From: Eledone cirrhosa | Lineage: Eukaryota | Assembly: GCA_964016885.1 (NCBI GenBank) | Contig: OZ024743.1 | Location: forward strand, 294,624,001 to 294,688,000 | Length of the DNA stretch: 64,000 bases | Direction of reading: 5' to 3' | Shown: piece by piece, positions 29,501 to 42,239 of the stretch | Layout: the number at the start of each line of letters is the position of its first letter | How positions within the stretch are numbered: the first letter of the stretch is position 1 | Translations under genes and position numbers: made by a program | Notes under the pieces: generated by a model | Seen by the model: only the letters and a program-made list of their open reading frames with translations | Database searches by the model: none | Told to the model about the DNA's origin: nothing

Positions 29501-32500
29501 CAATAATGTTGGCTGTAATACATTTCATTTTTTTCTGATGCCTCGCAAATCATTTTTCATCATCGTTTCTTCGGTGAAATATTCTTAAATCAAGATTTGA
29601 TTTAATGATATGTCATAAATTTACAATAGCGTTTAGTTCTGGAGATTGTCCAGACTAAAACAAAGTCTTAATTTCATGAGCATGTAGAAACTTTTTAATT
29701 AATTTGGCAAAATGAGAAGGAGCATTATCACGTTGGTATATTGCCAGTATATCTTCGTTGAGTTGGCTATTCAGTAAAGGGGAAAAGAAAATGCTTTTGT
29801 TAATTTCTTCTATATAATATCGTGCAGTGAGAGATTCAACGCAGAAAGTGAGTATCCGAGTACTTCGCCTGGGCGGAATACCATCACGCCATTATATTTC
29901 CACCCCTTAACTGAACCGAAATTTAATTAGATTTTCGCAAATATATGTGATGGTCATTCGGGAAATGTGCGATATTTTGAAGAACCAAGAAGATAACATT
30001 TTGGAAGAAAATTTGATTATTTTCTTTATACAGTTCGATAAATTGCTTTCAGTTAACATTGGCTTATTTTAAATAGTTGGAAATTTGAGATGCAAATGTA
30101 TTTCAGTTTCTTTCAGGTTAACCTTTCCGTGACTATATTTCTAATTCAATAACCTGCACCGGAATAAAAATTATATTTTTATTATAATGTAACGAATGGT
30201 TTTTATATTCAATTATATTTCAGAGTTTCAATTTAACTAGGGATCTTTTAAGTTTAATAATTTTAGGACGGATTATTACCAAAAGGTATTTAAGTTTTAC
30301 TGATGACAAGTATACTATACGGCAACCTCAGAGAATCTAGCCGTCACTACGTGTGTATACATATTAAGCTTAATGTAGATACATTGGAATGTCGTAAAGG
30401 CTGTATCTTTGATCTTTGTTTTTACAAACTTACTGTAAACAAAAAAAAAGCCATGAATGGTCGATTGTTTGAAAAATCATTGTTTTCTTCAGTAGCCACT
30501 CACAGATATCCATAAACAGAGGAAAGACCCCGTCACAAAGACGAGCGTTGCTCTTCAGGGCCAGAAAATGCTTCCCCCTCGAAATCGAAATATCCAAAAT
30601 TCCGGAGTTCATAACAGTTCATATATCGAACACGTTACTGTTACTACACACAGGCAAACCCATTCGACTGATCACATATACTAATATATGATTCAGAGAC
30701 GCCCCCTTCACTTTATGTCATTTCTGTCCCTACAACATAGGACTCGGTATTCCAGATGTGAATTGATTCGTACCAGCTCCAATCAGACATTTGTTACATC
30801 TCTCTATTCTCCTCTCACTGAACACGTGTAAACTTCCAAAGCTTCCCATCGTTATTACGCTCAGTTCTTCTTCCTCCACGTGTCGGTCATCTGGGATTAT
30901 ATCTTTCTACCTATTTTTCCTGCAAGTACATTAATACAATAGATTGCTTGCAAAGGTCATGGACTCATTCACTCCCTCTAGGTAGCACGGACGAAAAAAA
31001 TAATAAACAAGAAAAACGGTGACTATACGGAAATTGTTTCTAACTGAATGATGTGACACTAATATACAATGTGATCTTCCAATTCTTAAGACGTGTGATT
31101 TCGGGAAGATTTGTCTTCAATAGCTAGCAATATGTGTAACCGTACAGTGATATCGCTTTCGCTTTAATGTCTCGTAATAGCGCGTCAAGAAAACATTTCT
31201 TTCCGATGCTGGTCGTAAAATTCTTTAGTAAAAAGTGATGCACATCTTTCCATGACAATCTAGATATTTTCTTTCATACACCTATCGTTAAAGTCGTATC
31301 ATTTTTCTCGTGGAAGCGATTAAATCTGTTTCTTTTCATCCCAGAGTGCACTCTGATGATGCAGATATAATTTTAAAGGCCTTCGAGTAATTACCGACTC
31401 GTTTTTTTTATTTTCTAGACATATGAATACATATTCAAATATGTTTTTTTTATATGTTTTAATACGGTAGGATAGTGAGTATGATTTCAGAAAGATTTGT
31501 TTCATACATAGAACAAGTAGAGCAACATTAAACTGGCTTTCTGCTGTTTGAACTAGGGCCAGTATTTCGTTTAGTTGATTTTTCTCATTTTTCTGGACTA
31601 TTTTCTAACCATAATGGTTAATAATACATATTGCCTGCAACATTCTGTATTCCATAGCTTTGATCTTTGTCTTGAAGGTGAAGGACCTTTGGAAGTTGAC
31701 AAACGTTTACTTCCTTTCGTGAGAAGTATGGATTATAAAATAGATAAATAAAATGCATGACGTCAAAATGAAACAATGCATTACATAATTGCATAAAATT
31801 CGATGAAAAATAATATGAAATTTTAATTAGAGAGAAAGTTTGAACTGAAATTTTCATAGAAAAATCAGAGAGGAGGAGGAAAACTGAAGTCAAAGAACAA
31901 AGCCTTTAACAAGAAAACATTCTAAGCAGTTTTATTCAATAGAAAGACCTAATAATAAAACACGTTACTCACATAAAGCTCGTTATTAAATTTTAATACA
32001 AAACTAATATCCGCAGCAATTTTTGCATGCTTTTTAGAAAAAATATTGTATCCATGTTTTGGAAGTGCTTCATTGTTTTTATATATGCATGCATGTGTGT
32101 GTGTATGTATGTATGCATGTATGTATGTATGTATGTATGTAATATGTACGTGCGTGTATGTCTATATATATGTATGCATGCATGTATGTATCTTGTAAAA
32201 TATGCGTTTGTGTATATAAATTATATATGTAAATTCATATACATTGAATAGTGCGCACATAAATACACAAACGCATTCACATACCCACCCACAAACACAC
32301 ACCCACATACACACACACACACACATATATATATGTTTAGATGTATGTATGCATGCATGTATAAGTGTATGTGTGAGTAGATATATATATATATATAAAG
32401 GGATGTGTGAGTATATATATATAAATATAAAGGGATGTGTGAGTATATATATATATAAAGGGATATTTAATTTGTTTTAATTCAGCAAATATAATTATAA

Positions 32501-32536
32501 CAGATTCAAAGCACTCGACAGGATTTCTGGAGCATA

Positions 32537-32784
32537 ATATTAATGATATTAATAAATGGAAACTATATTTATAAAACCATATTTATTCTATTATATATAT
32601 TTCAAGGGTACCAAAACTTTGGCACGCTCTCGTCAGATAAAATGCAAAGTTTGTTTTATAAATTTTGACATACCCAGGAATGAGACCTTAACGGTTTAAG
32701 TTTTGTCTGGTATCCTTGAAATATATATAATAGAATAAATATGGTTTTATAAATATAGTTTCCATTTATTAATATCATTGATAT
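32537..32784. mobile_element. Inverted-repeat element (~77-bp arms)
   Basis: 32537-32613 vs 32708-32784. The spacer has a minus-strand CTGACGA (32630-32636). Short TA run on the right. Confidence 0.72.
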
Positions 32785-33214
32785 ATATAAAGAGATAGAT
32801 AGATAGCGAGAAGTGGAGGGAGAGCGAGCAAAGAGATTTGAAGTACACGTATTATATAACCTTAAGGGAGCAAAGTATTTGTGGTTTTGGCAGAAATACA
32901 CGGCTCAAAAACCTGCTGCAAATCGAAATGTTATGCCTCTAAATGAATAAAATTACAGCCGAGCATGCTTTATGCTTCCACTAATAATTTGAGGTCTCTT
33001 CTCTTTCTCGACGCTCTTACGCATGGCCTATTGGACGTGCAGGATGTGACATGTATAGGTAGTAGGGGTAGCACGACGGCTGAGTTGATAACAATCAAAA
33101 TATATCTCATCGGAATTTGAACGCAGAACACATGAACTACTATTGCCGAGCTATTTATCCGCTGCCAAATCTGTCATCTGCTACATCAACAGCTTGATAA
33201 GGGAAGAGTTGCGT

Positions 33215-33480
33215 TAAAGTCTGTCTCGAGCCCGGAGGCTCTTTAAACCGGTGTTTATCCCGGTTTCCGTGGCGTTAAGCAACTGAGAATACAAGAACAC
33301 GACGCCAGTCCATTTTAGGGTTTAATCCCCAGCTATTGCTGTTATTCATTTTCAGATGAATATACTGGAGTAACGTGAAATGAAATGTTTTGATCACAAC
33401 AACCGATTCAGCCTAGGATTCGAAGCTATGACGTTATGATCGGAAGTCCAATTCCCATACCACAAGGCCCCGCGGCTTCA
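33215..33480 (-). mobile_element. Old tRNA-derived SINE of a second family
   Basis: Degenerate A and B boxes on the minus strand near 33400-33475, followed by a catttcacgttactccagt core. Family assignment is by recall only. Confidence 0.55.
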
Positions 33481-34073
33481 CATGGAAGTTAAGTAGTTAA
33501 CTACTAAATGCATCATATAGCAGACCAGTATCATTTTCATTTCTCTGATTACTCTAACCGTCTGTATCAATTCCGTAACTGTTTTTTTTTCCTAATTATA
33601 ACATCGGCTTTATTTATCATGTTTTCCAGTCTACTTCATTTAGTGTCCAGCTGAGAATATTGTAGATAACCAAATACTTGTGCAGATTGTGTATTAATAA
33701 ATGTTACCACATCTTTCCTGTGTAAAAAAAGAAGCCGATCGTCAGATTGGACACATGAAACTATATTTCCTTTAATATTTCCGTTGCTGATATATTCTGC
33801 CTTTCACAACTCCTGGTAAAAAGCGCAAATAAAATTTAGAAGACAGTGCTAGATTGAATATCACAAAGCATCATGTTATACTCTTTTAAACATTCCTTCA
33901 ATCCACCGCTATTGAACTGGTACTTTAAATATTGACCCCAAATGTATGAGAAACAAAGTTGATCTGGGCGGGATTTGAACTCAGTGTGCAATCTGAACAA
34001 ATACCGAGACATATCGATGTATTGACAGAGTGGAACACACTTCAACAATATGTGTACCTGTCTTTTCCACACT

Positions 34074-34140
34074 AATTCAGACTGCCTGAAGAGGTCACAG
34101 CCAATAATAGCTGTCACCGAAATATTTATAGCAGAGAATT
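34074..34140 (+). ncRNA. Type I hammerhead ribozyme
   Basis: aattc..ctgc-CTGAAGA-ggtcacagc-caataata-gctgtcacc-GAAA-t-attt-a-TA-gcag.gaatt. Predicted cleavage after A34130. Followed by AATAAA and a short TA run. Confidence 0.75.
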
Positions 34141-34872
34141 TATAATAAACGAAGCCAAATTTTACATGTTCGACTTACTTATTATATATATATTAACGTG
34201 TTCGCTCCAACATAATTATGTACATACATACATGCGAATTTGATAACTAATAATATACGATATATTTTCGAATAGACATTTTAAATCCTGTAGCTATGAA
34301 TTTTAAAGACAGTATCTGGTGCCACCTATCGAGTTCCAGCAGAAGCAAAAGAAAGTCACTGACATCTGTTTCTGGTTTATTTGGGTGTTGTTAACGTAAC
34401 GGAACTCTTTACCTTGGTTCACATTTGAACTCAGATAGGTGCAAACATACTTGTAACGCTTATGTATATGGGCTGATTAGCCTTATTTCATACGGAGCTG
34501 TGCGAATTATTCACGCCAGAACCAGGTGCTCCTGATGTGTAAATGCTATTTTCGATTCGTATTTTGCGTTTAATCATCTAGTGAGAAGTTTGTTTTGTTA
34601 TTCATTATTTTTCTATTCTATTGTTTTACTACTTTCTTCGGAAATATTTTGTACTTTCGTTCAGTAATTGTATAGAATATGTGCAGTACAATTTACGTTA
34701 TCGAATTGTATTAAATATACGTTGTAAATATTAGTACTGTATGTTATTATACTTAAGGAAATTTGTGAGGTATCCCGGGTTTTTATGTTCGAGTTAATGT
34801 ACTTCAACCAAATGCATCGATTATTAATGTTTAAAATTTTACTCACAAAGTCGCATTATTTATTTTAAGTGC

Positions 34873-35225
34873 GGTGGATTGGCAGTATCGGTAGAGGGTC
34901 GGACGCCATGCTTTCCAGCAGAGTTACGTCCCTTTACGATCTGAGTCCAAATCCCGCCGAGGTTGACTTTGCCTTTCATCCTTACGGGGTCGATAAAATA
35001 AAGTACCAGTAATGAACTGGGTAATTTGCTGGCCTTGTGCCTAAAGTAGAAACAATTATTTATTTTAAGTGCGGTGGATTGGCAGTATCAGTAGAGGGTC
35101 GGACGCCATGCTTTCCAGCATAGTTACGTCCCTTTACGATCTGAGTTCAAATCCCGCCGAAGTTGACTTTGCCTTTCATCCAAACTGGTTAATCGCTGGC
35201 CTTGTGCCTAAAGTAGAAACAATGA
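34873..35225 (+). mobile_element. Tandem dimer of a tRNA-derived SINE with Deu/Nin-like core
   Basis: A box TGGCAGTATCGG, B box GAGTTCAAATCC, core GCCTTTCATCCTTACGGGGTCGATAAAATAAAGTACCAG. The second unit is internally deleted. Confidence 0.9.
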
Positions 35226-36225
35226 TTTATTTTAAGTGCTTTGTAGTTTGACAGACTCTCAATGTACTTTAGGGTGATATACTCGTTGGAAAGACGACAT
35301 CTATCAAGGTTCATACGCTTTTGCTTCTGGGATGAATTATATCTAGATAATAGCTTTGATCTAGTCGCCATTCCTTACAGGCACGCAATTTACTTATGCA
35401 GGATTTAATGTTTTATTTCATAACATTCTAATTCCTTTTATATGGAAACGTCTCTTTACTGTCCAAGGCAAATAGTCACCTATTCAATATGATCTTTGTA
35501 TATATTATGTATTTGCTAGAACTGAACAGACGGAAATGACTTAGATTAGTAGACTAGTATTTCATTATGCTGAGGGCAAATTCTAGTTTTATCAGGTTCT
35601 TTTTAGTAAATAGTTGTGGTAAAACCTTGACCTTGTGTAACTAAAATTAGCTCTTCTGTATTTACCATTATTACTTACATTTTGAGCTGTTGGTGGTTTT
35701 CGTAGCAGATAACGTCGACACTGTTCAATTCTACAGAAATTTTCTCAGAGAGGATTTTATAAAATGTTTTTGTTTTGTTTATTTTCCATTTTATAATATT
35801 TCTAATTGTCCTTTGTCTGCAGGTTGTTTTTTATTGTTTCCTTTCACATAATATAATTTAGTATTTTATGTTGATTCGTTATTCAAACAGACTTTCGTTC
35901 TCAGTGTATATATATATATATATGCATTACATTTTATTCTCCCCATGTGATCATGTTTCATTCATTCAGATATGTACAAAGCTAATAATATACCCACACC
36001 AAATGTAAAATGAATGCCCTCTAAAGTTGATAACAGGTCCAGGCTAGATATACCCACAAAACTGTTAATAAGCTCTGGTTAGTTGTGGAATATAAACCTT
36101 ATTTTAAACAGCATATTAATTATTTTAGTAATTAGTGCCAAATGCTTATGATTTATTTATATGTTACTAGTATATGAATGCCGCAAGTAAAATACCAGGA
36201 CAGAATAAAAGAATGAAAAATTGAG

Positions 36226-36358
36226 TCAAGTAGCCCATTTCAAAATTATGCAACCCCCTATCAAGTAGCCCATCTCAAAATAGTGCAGCCCTATTATGTA
36301 TCCCACATCAATATCGTGCAACACTATCAAGTGGCCCACCTCAAAATCGTGGAACCCT
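36226..36358. repeat. Minisatellite, four units of ~33 bp
   Basis: Approximate consensus tcaagtagcccayctcaaaatcgtgcaacccta. Confidence 0.8.
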
Positions 36359-37230
36359 CCAGTTCTGGTCTTGATATACGCAAATGTTTGACATAGTAGC
36401 TGCGTAATGCAGTGTTTTATTCATAGGCTTCATATCTGAACACTTTCATTGTACTTGACTTCATTATTCTAAATCTTTCTTTGTAACTTTTAGAATTTGC
36501 TTATGGATTTTAACATTAGTCTGCTTCTGCTGAAATAGCTTTGAGTAATGTACACTTACTCGCTATATTCTTTAGTGTATCCTTCATTGCTTTATAACAT
36601 ATGTGATAATTTATATATATATGAGTGTGTGTGTCGGTGTGTGCATGTATATGTGAGTGTGCATGTGTATTTGTGGTAGATTCTGTTGTAGATCTCTTGT
36701 TTAAATGTTAATTAAAGTACTTTTTGTGTGGAATACCTTTGCCAAAATTGTTCAATCCTATTTCCATTATCTGTAGGATATTTTATTTTCTAAATAGATT
36801 TAAATCATCCATTTAGTAACAAAATGGAATTTTAATTTGGCAAATTTGAGGAATGATTAATGAAGATAAGGTGTTTCTCCAAATACATTTCACTTCTTAT
36901 AGGGATGTTGTGGGTTATATTATCCTCTAGTCTCATAATGGTACACTTGTCTTCCGTTTCCTCATGACATGGTAGATATGCTATCTAAACATCTGTTATG
37001 GTTTACCTATATTTAATATCCTCAATGTCTAGGCAAGGATATTTTCGATACTATGTATTTGTATGCTGTCAAATATGCCATGCATATCAAGCAATGGAAT
37101 TCTGTCTTCAATAACCATTCAGTTTATATATAGCTGTGTCCTTAATTACAGCTATATCACACTTAACATACCTTCTGCTGCGCCTGTAAAATAGTTTTGT
37201 ATTACAGAATATCAGAATGTGACAGAGAAT
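36350..37230 (-). mobile_element. Highly decayed R4-like RT fragment
   Basis: In the expected order on the minus strand: LDMHGIFDSI (cf. IDYKKAFDSI), MDDLNLF (cf. MDDLKLY), VKHLRISRPE (cf. VDRLYLPR). Confidence 0.45.
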
Positions 37231-37674
37231 TTTGTGGTCAATCCTATCCTTTTCGCGCTCGTCCAGTTTCTTTACTGTTTCTGCGCGTCGCTTCCATCGC
37301 CATGGTCATTGTTGATGGTATTGTGCTACTGTCTCTATCTCTGTGTTTTCTAGAAGAACGCCCACATAAGTGATGTTTCTCCTCACACTTCAGATTTTTT
37401 CCCCAGCAGGTTGCCAGAGCACTAACTTGTTTGTCACCTCCTCCTTGTGCCTGATGCACTGGCCTCCGAGTCACATCCTTTTTTGTTGAACATTTAATGA
37501 AAATTATGGAAGATCTTTATAAGGTTTTGTATTTGTTAATTGAATTCTCCATTATACATTGAGTGTAATTCTACGCATTATGTTGTAGCATCCTTCTAAT
37601 TGAGGTCAAGGTGTGGTATATTGTAAATTGTTGCTATCCATGATATTAGATTATAGCTGTATGTATGTTAACCG

Positions 37675-37950
37675 GGGGTGGGTGATTAAGACGTTTACTT
37701 CGTAATTATAAGGTTCGATGCCACTACGGGGTACTTTGGGTAAGGGTCAATTACTATTGACTTCGATCGAACCTTTGGCGAAAAATTGGGTAGACAGGAA
37801 CTATTTGGAAGCCTGTAAGATGGACCGTACTTCTAAGTCAAAGGACCAACCTTGTCAACTTTCTATCACGCTAAATTATCCAGAGAATTACCATATGAGC
37901 ATACGTGTTTGTAAAATCCTCAGCCACATGCATGTACATTTCATCTTTGA
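37675..37950 (+). mobile_element. Old SINE-like repeat
   Basis: tRNA-like head (ggtgattaag...ggttcgatgcc) followed by a ctttgggtaag CORE-like motif. Heavily diverged. Confidence 0.45.
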
Positions 37951-39299
37951 AACCGACGGAAGTCTATTTGTATTTTTCCATCTATTTTTTCTGAATAATA
38001 TTGATTTTTCGACAAGTAATTAATGGAATGTTGATCCTGCCTTTCATAGGAATTCATCGAATAATGTTTGCTGTAGTTTCATGTATAATGGTCAAGTATT
38101 ATTCCCAAGAATCTGTCTTTCTGAGCCCCTGGTGTTTACTGATAGTTATCTCTAGATTTTGGTCGTATAATAATACATCTGAGTAACGCATTCATCATTA
38201 TGTCCATCGAAAAAAAAATATTTGCATGACGCGCTACGATTCCATTTATTTAATGTATTTACAAAATAAACATTTCAAAAAATGTAAAATAAAATACAAA
38301 TTCCCACAGATTCGCTTGGTATGTTTGTGCTAATTTTCTGTTTTATCTTTTCCATTCCTTTCGTATACATTATGGCCCTTTATTGTGTTGTATATTTCGG
38401 TTCCCAATTTTTTCTCAATACGATTACATTTGCATTCTTTCTATATTTTCGACTGTAGTGACATTGTTTCGAATGATGTCGTAGAATGGTGTAACACTTG
38501 GTTCAAATACATCATTTAAAACAGTTCTCATGCTTTTTGAAACAGCCCTATTCGTCATTTCTCTCTTGGGGGTAGTCGTATAACGATCCCTCTTCCATAT
38601 TCCATATATTATATTTCCTAAATATTAATCAGTTCTATATAGTCAGATATTCCTCAATGTTGACAATTCTGTTGTACTGTGTGCTGTTATTCTCTGCTTT
38701 TATGTATCATATCTGGAATATATATTTATAATGTCTGGTTATTCACATGGTTGATTACGAGGAATTTCATGCATGTTGTATTCTTCAACATTGTGGATTT
38801 TATATATTTTCGCTCTGTGACAGTTTTTCTTAAGTTTAATATCATTTCCATTTCGTGTATTATTATTTCATGTGTTGCTGGTTGGCTTTTGTGTTATATC
38901 CATTGTGTTTTGAATATTTATGTGTGTTATGTCTGCCAAATTATTACGTTGATTTACTTAGTTGTAGAAGCCTACGTCATTGTGCATCTAGTGAGCCTTT
39001 TTTTTATTGGGTTCTAGTTTATGTGTGTGATTTTTTTGTATCTGTATATCTCTGATATATTTGCTCAACTTATAATAAATATGTTCAATTCGCATTCGAT
39101 TTAGTTGTTCTTTTATATATAGTTATCCACTGTAATGTTGCTGAGTTTGGGTGTGTATTTATGAGATTATGTGTATGTGTGTATATGTCTAAGTGTGTGT
39201 ATTATGACTAGATACTGAAAAGAGTAGAAAAAAGCAATACCATGATCAGCCCTATTACATTAGGTAAATTGGGTCCAAACAATCACACAGTAATATATG

Positions 39300-39348
<49 letters not shown>

Positions 39349-39364
39349 CATATATATATACGCC

Positions 39365-39426
<62 letters not shown>

Positions 39427-40810
39427 CATTATCTTCATCATCATCATCATCGTTTAACGTCTATTTTTCCATGCCAAAATTTCAATTCATTAAATCAAGG
39501 CCAGAAGGAATTATTTTATTATTTAGAGTATTATTTAGAAGGAGGATAGCATTCATCACTCTTTTAAATGACACCTAGATTGGTAGGAAAGAGAGAAAAT
39601 GAATTGCTAAAGTCGGAAACGGGACTCAAATGCTTGCAGCTGACTGGGCTTTGCTAATTTCACCACGAAATCCCTGTGATACATAGCAAGAACCCGAATA
39701 TCATTATAAGTTCAATTTTACTATTTTCTTCGTTTATTAATTTTGGCTGATGCTAGGTTATGCTGTTGAAAAAATTGCAAAATATTGCATCCTGAATTTC
39801 ACTAACTGAATTCTGTGGTGTGTGCAGCATTGACTGTCGGGGATATAACATTCTGATTGCATGCTACATCTGATTCGTTACGTTGTAGAGATGTTTTGTT
39901 GTTTCATGTTTTACATTAGGTTATCTGCAGTTTGTTGTGCCGAATATGTTTTATTTGAATCGATTTGTTTTATTGACCATGATTATGAAAGTAATCGCGC
40001 TGCTAACTAACATGCAAATCAGACATCTATTAAGGTAATCTGCAGAACGATGGGGTCTGTATATGATCCCTCGAAATGCTAGATATGTCATCATGTATCC
40101 TCCAAATAAAATCTTACCACCGTAAAAAAAAATTGGATCATGTAAAATTAGTTACTATTAGTCACTAGGGTGTCTGATCGATGAGAGCAGAATAAGATCA
40201 AATCATGCCTTAACATCTAAAATGACTTCTGAAATTACAGGACAACAATAATCCTCAAGACTGACGCTTCAGAGGAGATCAAGCTGTTATATATATATGG
40301 CAAAAAACTGATTTAAGAGTTTTCTCCAACAACAACAGCAACAAACAATGGTGTCTGCAGCTCTTATAGTGACTCCAGGTGCAACTCTGGAGACGCAAAA
40401 TTGCTTCACCATCATCTCTAGCACTAGTTAAGTTAGCCACAACTAGCAATGTTCGTTGAAAATATCTGGTAAAAGAGAGAGAAAAAGAGACCAAATACCC
40501 AAGACAACCCCCCTCCCCCACCTCACCCCAAAAAAACAAGCACAGTCACCCTTTAACAACCTATAAGATGTTGCATTTATTGATCAGACGGAGGCCAAAC
40601 AGGGAACTGAAAACTTTGTGAAAAGGCATAAAAAATACATGAAAGAACTCGGACAATTAGAAAATAATGACGCTGGGTCCATCTCTCGAAAAGGGTGTAT
40701 CCTTCAATACGAACAAATCGATATTATGTGAAAGAGAATACATCAACCAGGAGCATAAGTCGTTCATATCATCTTTGATGTGAAGTGCACTCATTATTTA
40801 CTAATACCAA

Positions 40811-40950
40811 AGAGTCACGGCCCTTTATGGTCTGAGTTCAAATCCCGCCGAGGTTAACTTTGCCTTTCATCCTTACGGGGTCGATAAAATAAAGTACCAG
40901 AAATACACTGGGATAATTGCTGGCCTTGTGCCAAAAGTAGAAACAATTAA
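40811..40950 (+). mobile_element. 5'-truncated SINE with TSD
   Basis: B box, core and tail present. ttact.ataccaa at 40798-40810 and 40951-40963. Confidence 0.88.
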
Positions 40951-41490
40951 TTACTTATACCAATGCGCCAGAGGTACCTAAATGAGATAGACAAAGGGAA
41001 ACAAATGGGGTCGAATTTTGGGACTATCAGAAAGGCTGTTTTGTAATCAAATTTCATCGTAATATTTACGAGATTCTGTATATCAAAGATAAATAAGCCC
41101 TTGGCTAAAACTCAACAACACCGACCCAAGAATGTCTCATAGAATATTCTGAAATTTCTAATATAGAATTCTACTGGCAAAACCTTTAGACGTTGCATAA
41201 TCAGTAAACTAATTAACGCAGGTGGCAAACTCTCACCTATGTTTAAATAGTTTGACCATTTTAAATTGAATAATATTCATAATTTTTTTTATTGTTTTAT
41301 TATAAACTATTAATTAGTCTATCTAATTACTTGTATGTATTTTATATAGATATTTAAACTTGTCTTTCATCCATTCACTAATGTTTATATAACATGTCTG
41401 TCCCATCCCATTCATCTTTGAAAGACAACGAATATCTCATGTTTTGTATGTAATTGCTCTCAGTGGCTAAATAAAAGGAAAAAAGACCAT

Positions 41491-41561
<71 letters not shown>

Positions 41562-41634
41562 TTGCTGCTGTTTCTTCTGCTACCACTTCTACTACTGTTA
41601 CTAGTACTACTGTTGATGTTGTTGGGACTACTAC

Positions 41635-41675
<41 letters not shown>

Positions 41676-41680
41676 ATTCG

Positions 41681-41763
<83 letters not shown>

Positions 41764-41900
41764 CTACCACTACCACCACCACCACCATCACCACCAGCAC
41801 TATACCACTACTAGTACTACTTCTACTAGTCCTACTACTACTACTGCTACTACCTACCACAATCACCACCACCACTACCACTACTACTACTACTAGTAGT
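41491..41900. repeat. (CTA)n/(CCA)n trinucleotide tract
   Basis: Direct inspection. Explains the poly-S and poly-L ORFs. Confidence 0.95.
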
Positions 41901-42239
41901 AGTAGTATTAGTGGTAGTAATAATAATAAATGTGTTCTACTTTTGGCACAATATCAGCAATTACCCTATAATAATAATAACAATAATAATAATGTTTTCT
42001 TTATTAACCACAAGGGTTTACATAAGGTACACATTAAGGACAGTACAAGACAATACAGTACGGTACAAATGGGCATTTATGCGTGTAAAAAAACAGAGGA
42101 TGTAATAAAAAAATAACAATGAAAAATTCCCCAATTAGGGGGAGACTTCCGAGGGACATTTGTGGAGGAAGCCCATTAAAAGGCCACAGTGACCCTGACC
42201 ACCAGGGCAAGTGCCCCCGCCCAGTTTTCCACCTTTAAT

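Noticed and set aside
31347-31387. Possible plus-strand micro-exon (cag...gtaatt; VHSDDADIILKAF)
   Set aside because: Splice-like signals alone are too common and there is no homology evidence.
34873-34960. tRNA gene
   Set aside because: The A and B boxes belong to a SINE head and no cloverleaf is evident.
36226-36358. Possible CRISPR-like array
   Set aside because: Contiguous diverged units with no spacers and no cas genes, in a eukaryotic context.
41378-42116. Poly-Ser and poly-Leu ORFs
   Set aside because: They derive from the (CTA)n repeat.
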